Shown here: positions 57,401-64,000 of the stretch, piece by piece
Layout of the letters: every line of letters starts with the position of its first letter
Position numbering within the stretch: position 1 is the stretch's first letter
NCBI RefSeq assembly: GCF_009914755.1
Contig: NC_060929.1
Reading direction: 5' to 3' (one strand)
Origin: the human T2T-CHM13v2.0 reference genome, Homo sapiens
Length of the DNA stretch: 64,000 nt
The notes under the pieces: generated by a model
The model's database searches: none
What the model saw: the letters and a program-made list of their open reading frames with translations, nothing else
What the model was told of the DNA's origin: nothing
Position numbers and translations under genes: made by a program

Positions 57401-59637
57401 GGGTGCCTGGGGCAAGCGCCAGCTCATGTCATCACCCTCAATGAGCCCCAGCTACGTTTAACCATTAAGGGCCAGGAAATTGACTTCCTCCTTGACACTG
57501 GTGCGGCCTTCTCAGTGTTAACTGCCTGTCCTGGATGGCTGTCCTCAAGGTCCATTACCATCTGAGGAATCCTGGGACAGCCTGTAACCAGGTATTTCTC
57601 CCACCTCCTCAGTTGTAATTGGGAGACTTTGCTCTTTTCACATGCCTTACTTGTTATGCTTGAAAGTCCCAAACCCTTATTAGGGAGGGATATATTAGCC
57701 AAGGCTGGAGCTATTATCTACATGAATATGGAGAACAAGTTATTCATTTGTTGTCCCCTGTTTGAAGAGGGAATCAACCCTGAAGTCTGGGCATTGGAAG
57801 GACAATTTGGAAGGGCAAAAAATGCTGCCCAGTCCAAATCAGGCTAAAAGATCCCACCACTTTTCCTTATCAAAGTCAATATCCCTTAAGACCTGAAGCT
57901 CATAAAGGATTACAGGATATTGTTAAACATTTAAAAACTCAAGGCTTAGTAAGGAAATGCAGCAGTCCCTGCAACATCCCAATTCTAGGAGTACAAAAAC
58001 CAAACAGTCAGTGGAGACTAGTGCAAGATCTTAGACTCATCAGTGAGGCAGTAATTCCTCTATATCCAGTTGTACCCAACCCTTATACCCTGCTCTCTCA
58101 AATACCAGAGGAAGCAGAATGGTTCATGGTTCTGGGACTCAAGGATGCCTTCTTCTGTATTCCTCTGCACTCTGACTCCCAGTTTCTCTTTGCCTTTGAG
58201 GATCCCACAGAAAACACATCCCAACTTACATGGATGGTCTTGCCCCAAGTGTTTAGGGATAGCCCTCACCTGTTTGGTCAGGCACTGGCCCAATATCTAG
58301 GCCAATTCTCAAGTCCAGGCACTGGCCCAAGATCTAGGCCACTTCTCAAGTCCAGGCACTCTGGTCCTTCAGTATGTGGATGATTTACTTTTGGCTACCA
58401 GTTTGGAAGCCTCATGCCAGCAGGCTACTCTAGATCTCTTGAACTTTCTCGCTAATCAAGGGTACAAGGTGTCTAGGTCAAAGGCCCAGCTTTGCCTACA
58501 GCAGGTCAAATATCTAGGCCTAATCTTAGCCAGAGGGATCAGGGCCCTCAGCAAGGAATGAACACAGCCTAAACTGGCTTGTCCTTTCCCTAAGACATTA
58601 ACACAGTTGTGGGGGTTCCCTGGAATCACTGGCTTTTGCTGACTATGGATCCCTGGATACAGCCAGATAGCCAGGCACCTCTATACTCTAATCAAGGAAA
58701 CCCAGAGGGCAAATACTCATCTAGTAGAATGGGAACCAGGGGAAGAAACAGCCTTCAAAACCTTAAAGCAGGTCCTAGTACTAGCTCCAGATTTAAGCCT
58801 TCCCACAGGAGAAAACTTCTCTTTGTACGTCACAGAGAGAGCAGGGATAGCTCTTGGAGTCCTTACTCAGACTCGTGGGACAACCCCACAACCAGTGGCA
58901 TATCCAAGTAAGGAAAGTGATGTAGTAGCAAAAGGCTGGCCTCACTGTTTATGGGTAGTTGTGGTGGTGGCTGTCTTAGTGTCAGAGGCTATCAAGATAG
59001 TACAAGGAAAGGAACTCACTGTCTGGACTACTCATGATGTAAATGGCATACTAGGTGCCAAAGGACGTTCATGGCGATCAGACAACCACCTACTTAGATA
59101 CCAGGTGCTACTCCTTGAGGAACCAGTGCTTCAGATATGTATGTGTGTGGCCCTCAACCCTGCCACTTTTCTCCCAGAGGATGGGGAACCAATCGAGCAT
59201 GACTGCCAACAAATTATAGTCCAGACTTATGCTGCCAAGATGATGTCTTAGAACTCCCCTTAGCTAATCCTGACCTTAACCTATATACCAGTGAAATCTC
59301 ATTTGTGGAGAATGGGATACAAAGGGCAGGTTATGCCATAGTTAGTGATGTAACTGTACTTGAAAGTAAGCCTCTTCCCCCAGGGACCAGTGCTCAGTTA
59401 GCAGAACTAGTGGCACTTACCCGAGCCTTTGAACTGGGAAAGGGAAAAAGAATAAATGCAAATACAGATAGCAAGTATGCTTATCTAATTCTACATGCTC
59501 TTGCTGCAATATGGAAAGAAAGGGAGTTCCTAATCTCTGGGGGAACCCCCATTAAATACCACAAGGAAATTATGGAGTTATTGCATGCAATGCAAAAACC
59601 CAAGGAGGTGGCAGTCTTACACTGCCAAAGCCATCAA
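57401..59637 (+). pseudogene. ERV9 protease-RT-RNase H, disrupted; integrase absent
   Basis: FLLDTGA (57485) is in frame behind the gag stop. RT motifs LKDAFF, LPQVFRDSP and YVDD (58373). RNase H motifs SAQLAEL and TDSKYA, with the first catalytic motif mutated to LYTSEIS. Confidence 0.92.
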
Positions 59638-59639
59638 AG

Positions 59640-59955
59640 TGGGAAGGAGATGGGAGAACAGCAGCATAAGCAGCTGGCAGAGGCAGCAGAAAGGAAAGAG
59701 AGAAAGAGACAGGAAGTCAAAGAAGGAGACAGAGAGGAAGAGACAGAGAGACAGAAACAGAGAGACCAAAAGTCAAAGAAAGAAGGAGAAAGAGAGGAAG
59801 AGACAGACAAAGAGGGAATCAGAAAGAGAGAGACAAAGATGGAGTCATAGAGAGAGACAGACACAGAAAGTCAAAGAGAGAGTCAGAAAGAGAGGAAGAG
59901 ACAAAGAAGAAATCAAAGAGAATGAAAGAGAGATGGAAGTAGTAAAGAAAAAAAC
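59640..59955 (+). repeat. AG-rich low-complexity tract at the pol/env deletion junction
   Basis: Strongly purine-rich GAGA/AAAG text. Confidence 0.85.
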
Positions 59956-60694
59956 AGTGTACCCTATTCCTTTAAAAGCCAGGGTAAATTTCTGTCTACT
60001 CAGCCAAGGCATATCCTTCTTATGTGGAACATCGACCTATATCTGCCTCCCCACTAACTGGACAGGCACCTGTACCTTAGTATTTCTAAGTCCCAACATT
60101 AACATTGACCCAGGAAATCAGACCTTATCAGTACCCCTCAAAGCTCGAGTCCGTCAGCACAGAGCCATACAACTAATACCCCTACTTATAGAGTTAGGAA
60201 TGGCTACTGTTACAGGAGCCAGAATAGCCAGTTTATCTACTTCATTATCCTACTACCACACACTCTCAAATGATTTTTCAGACAGTTTGCAAGAAGTAAC
60301 AAAATCTATCCTTACTCTACAATCCCAAATAGACTCTTTGGCAGCAGTGACTCTCCAAAACTGCCAAGGCCTAGACCTCCTCACTGCTGAGAAAGGAGGA
60401 CTCTGCACCTTCTTAGGGGAAGAGTGTTGTTTTTACACTAACCAGTCAGGGATAATGCAAGATGCCACCCAGCGTTTACAGGAAAAGGCTTCTGAAATGA
60501 GACAACACCTTTCAAATTCTTACACCAACCTCTGGAGTTGGGCAACATGGCTTCTCCCCTTTCTAGGTCCCATGGCAGCCATCTTGCTGTTACTCGCCTT
60601 TGGACCCTGTATTTTTAACATCCTTGTTAAATTTGTTTCCTCTAGAATTGAGGCCATCAAGCTACAGATGGTCTTACCAATGGAACTCAAATGA
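59933..60694 (+). pseudogene. ERV9 env remnant: end of SU plus TM in an open frame
   Basis: RQHR cleavage site (60152), fusion peptide AIQLIPLLIELG, ISD LQNCQGLDLLTAEKGGLC, CX6CC and TM helix WLLPFLGPMAAILLLLAFGP. Confidence 0.9.
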
Positions 60695-60874
60695 GTTCAA
60701 CTAATGACTTCTACCGAGGACCCCTGGACTGTTCCGCTGGCCCTTCCACTGGCCTAAAGAGTTCCCCTCTGGAGGACACTACAACTGCAGGGCCCCTTCT
60801 TTGCCCCTATCCAGCAGGAAGTAGCTAGAGCGGTCATTGGCCAAATTCCCAACAGCAGTTGGGGTGTCCTGTTT

Positions 60875-60886
60875 ACAGGGGGGGAT
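60875..60886 (+). other. Polypurine tract
   Basis: ACAGGGGGGGAT immediately before the 3' LTR TG. Confidence 0.85.
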
Positions 60887-62186
60887 TGAGAGGTGACAAC
60901 GTGTTAGCAGCCCTCACTCACTCTCAGCACCTCCTCGGCCTTGGCAGCCATGCTCGAGGAGCCCTTCAGCCCACCACTGCACTGTGGGAGCCCCTCTCTG
61001 GGCTGGCCGAGGCTGGAGCCGGCCCCCTCTGCTTGCGGGAAGGTGCGGAGGGAGAGGCGCGGGTGGGAACTGGGGCTGCGCGTGGTGCTTGCGGGCCAGT
61101 GAAAGTTCCAGGTGGGTGTGGGCTTGGCAGGCCCCGTACTCAGAGCGGTCAGCCAGCCCTGGGCAGTGAGGGGCTTAGCACCCAGGCCAGCAGCTGCGGA
61201 GGGGGCACCGGGTTCCCCCAGCACTGCCGGCCCACCTGCGCCACACTCGAATTCTTGCTGGGCCTCAGCCGCCTCCCCGTGGGGCAGGGCTTGGGACCTG
61301 CAGCCCGCCATGCCCGAGCCCCACTGTGGTGGGCTCCTGTGTGGCCCGAGCCTCCCTGATGGGCGCTGCCCCCTGCTCCATGGTGCCTGGTACCATCGAC
61401 AACCCAAGGGCTGAGGAATGCAGGTGCATGGCACGGGACTGGCAGGCAGCTCCACCCGTGGCCCCAGCGCGGGATCCACTAGGTGAAGCCAGCTGGGCTC
61501 CTGAGTTGGGTGGGGTCTTGGAGAACATTTATGTCTAGCTGGAGAATTGTAAATGCACCAATCAGCACTCTGTGTCTAGCTCAAGGTTTGTAAATGCACC
61601 AATCAGTGCTCTATGTCTAGCTAATCTACTGGGGACTTGGAGAACTTTTATGTCTAGCTAGAGGATTGTAAATGCACCAATCAGCACTCTGTGTCTAGCT
61701 CAGGGATTGTAAATGCACCAATCAGCACCCTGTCAAAATGGACCAATCAGCTCTCTGTAAAACTGACCAATCAGCTCTCTGTAAAACAGACCAATCAGCT
61801 CTCTGTAAAATGGACCAATCAGCAGGATGTGGGTGGGGCCAGATAAGGGAATAAAAGCAGGCTGCCTAAGCCAGCAGTGGCAACCTGCCAGGGTCCCCTT
61901 CCACCCTGTGGAAGCTTTGTTCTTTCACTCTTTGCAATAAATCTTGCTGCTGCTCAGTTTTTGGGTTTGTGCTGCCTTTGTGAGCTGTAACACTCACCAC
62001 GAAGGTCTACAGCTTCACTCCTGAAGCCAGCGAGACCATGAACCCACTGGGAGGAATGAACAACTCTGGACGGGAGAAACGAACAATTCTAGACGTGCTG
62101 CCTTAAGAGCTGTAACACTCACCGTGAGAGCCCGCAGCTTCATTCTCGAAGTCAGTGAAACCAAGAACCCACCAATTCTGGACACA
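60887..62186 (+). promoter_or_regulatory. 3' LTR12 with CCAAT array and polyadenylation signal
   Basis: Homologous to the 5' LTR throughout. AATAAA at 61936-61941. Confidence 0.93.
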
Positions 62187-62667
62187 CTAGGATTATAGGC
62201 GTGAACCTCTGCACCCAGCCCTACTTTTCTTTTAAGAGTTTTGTAGTTTTAGTTCTTACATTCAGTTCTTTGATCCATTTTGAACTAATATTTGTATATG
62301 CTATGAAGTAGGGACCCAACTCCATTCTTTTGCATGTAGGTAACCAGTTGTTCCTGCACCATTTGTTGAATAGACTATTCTTTTTCCAATGAATTATTTT
62401 GGTACTTGGTTAAAAATTAATTGATGATAACTCTCAGGAGTTATTCCTAATGTTAATAATGATCAGAATTTTTACTGGCTCCTGGTTTATATCAAGAACC
62501 TTTGCTCCTTTCCCTTTGAGCACGTCTGTTTCAGAGATCATTCCAGGATCTCAAATTTGTGATCTTGATTAACACAACAATGAACACCCTAAGGGGCCAG
62601 AAGGGCACTCCAAGTGTGATTAGATAAGGGTGTGTGGGTAAATAACTTTGTAAACTTTCCTAATTTA

Positions 62668-63031
<364 letters not shown>

Positions 63032-64000
63032 TTAAAAAGTTGTCAATGGAACTATGCATTAGAGGGAATAATTGTAAAATGCTTTATAGATATAAAGAAG
63101 GCAAACATCAATGCTTTGGCAAGAGTTGGACTAGGATGTCAAAAGCAAGCTTTGCTGTGTGATTAATTAGCTGGGTAACCTTGTGTAATCACTGAAACTC
63201 TCCCAGTCTCAATTTCCTGGTCTATTTAATGTAGGTAATGATGTGAAGTCTAATGACCTTTCTGGGTTATTGTGAGATTGAAGCAATGTAGTAGGTGTAA
63301 AAGTGGTTTGGAACACTTAACTTGTTATTCTGGGCATTGTAAAGGATTCATAGAGAATTGCTTGCTTTCATTCTAAAAATTGCCTTTGAATTGTTTATAA
63401 TGCCGGATTGATTCCTTCCATTGGGGCTAGCCCCAGGTAATGTTTACCACAATAAAACATTAACATGAGATTTTTCACCTCTTACCTGGGTAAGGACCAG
63501 AGCCTGATACTTGGCTCAAAGAAAGTATTTATACAGGGTTTAATAACAACCAGGCCCTCAGGGAATTCTCTATAAATAGTTTTGGTGCTGGGATAGAATG
63601 TGACCAGGAAGAATATTAACCATAGTCTTTCTTTTATTGGTCAGTTACAGTGTAGAGGAAGTATGTTAAAAAAACCCAAAATCTCAGATGACCTTATTCA
63701 CATTGTGGTGGAGCTGGAAGACCACCTCTCCTCCTGTCCCAGGCAGTCATGGGGAGGAAGATGGTCTGCCCAAGGGAATCCTAATTTGAGGGGAAGAGGA
63801 CAGTGAATCAAATAAACTAACCATAGTAGTCCATAGCACCTACTCCATTGTTGAAGAAGATACGTTGGCAAATTATGAAGTATTTAAAGACCTTTCTTGA
63901 CATCCTTGTGGGTTGGTTAAGACGAAACTGCCTCTGACAATTAATGTTAATATTTGGGAGATGCAAATATGACTCAACAAGTATTGACAGGCCATGATAG

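Noticed and set aside
60859-61538. 166-191 aa ORFs in the 3' LTR (and similar ones in the 5' LTR)
   Set aside because: GC-rich LTR12 U3 sequence; frames are not preserved between the two LTRs.

Overview
Primate, most likely human, genomic DNA with very high Alu density. The only host gene supported is CLINT1 (clathrin interactor 1/epsinR) on the minus strand. Its CpG-island promoter and first coding exon (MLNMWKVRELVDK(A), 41 nt) lie at ~33.1-33.4 kb, and positions 1-33100 are intron 1; exon 2 is not in the window. Upstream of the gene (33.4-64 kb) is a nested mix of transposable elements. It is dominated by an 8.86-kb two-LTR ERV9/HERV9 (LTR12) provirus with a tRNA-Arg PBS, PPT and 4-bp TSD, which integrated inside an Alu that itself sits in an old L1. 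The provirus has decayed gag/pro/pol, no integrase or most of SU, and an open env TM frame. Almost all ORF-track entries are Alu or low-complexity artefacts. The most unusual structure I found is a 124-bp, 121/124-identical inverted repeat of apparently non-TE sequence enclosing ~1.07 kb of CLINT1 intron 1. It is accompanied by several other locally templated insertion or fold-back scars. Repeat family names come from my recollection of consensus sequences, not from a database search. I found no evidence of a wholly new gene system.
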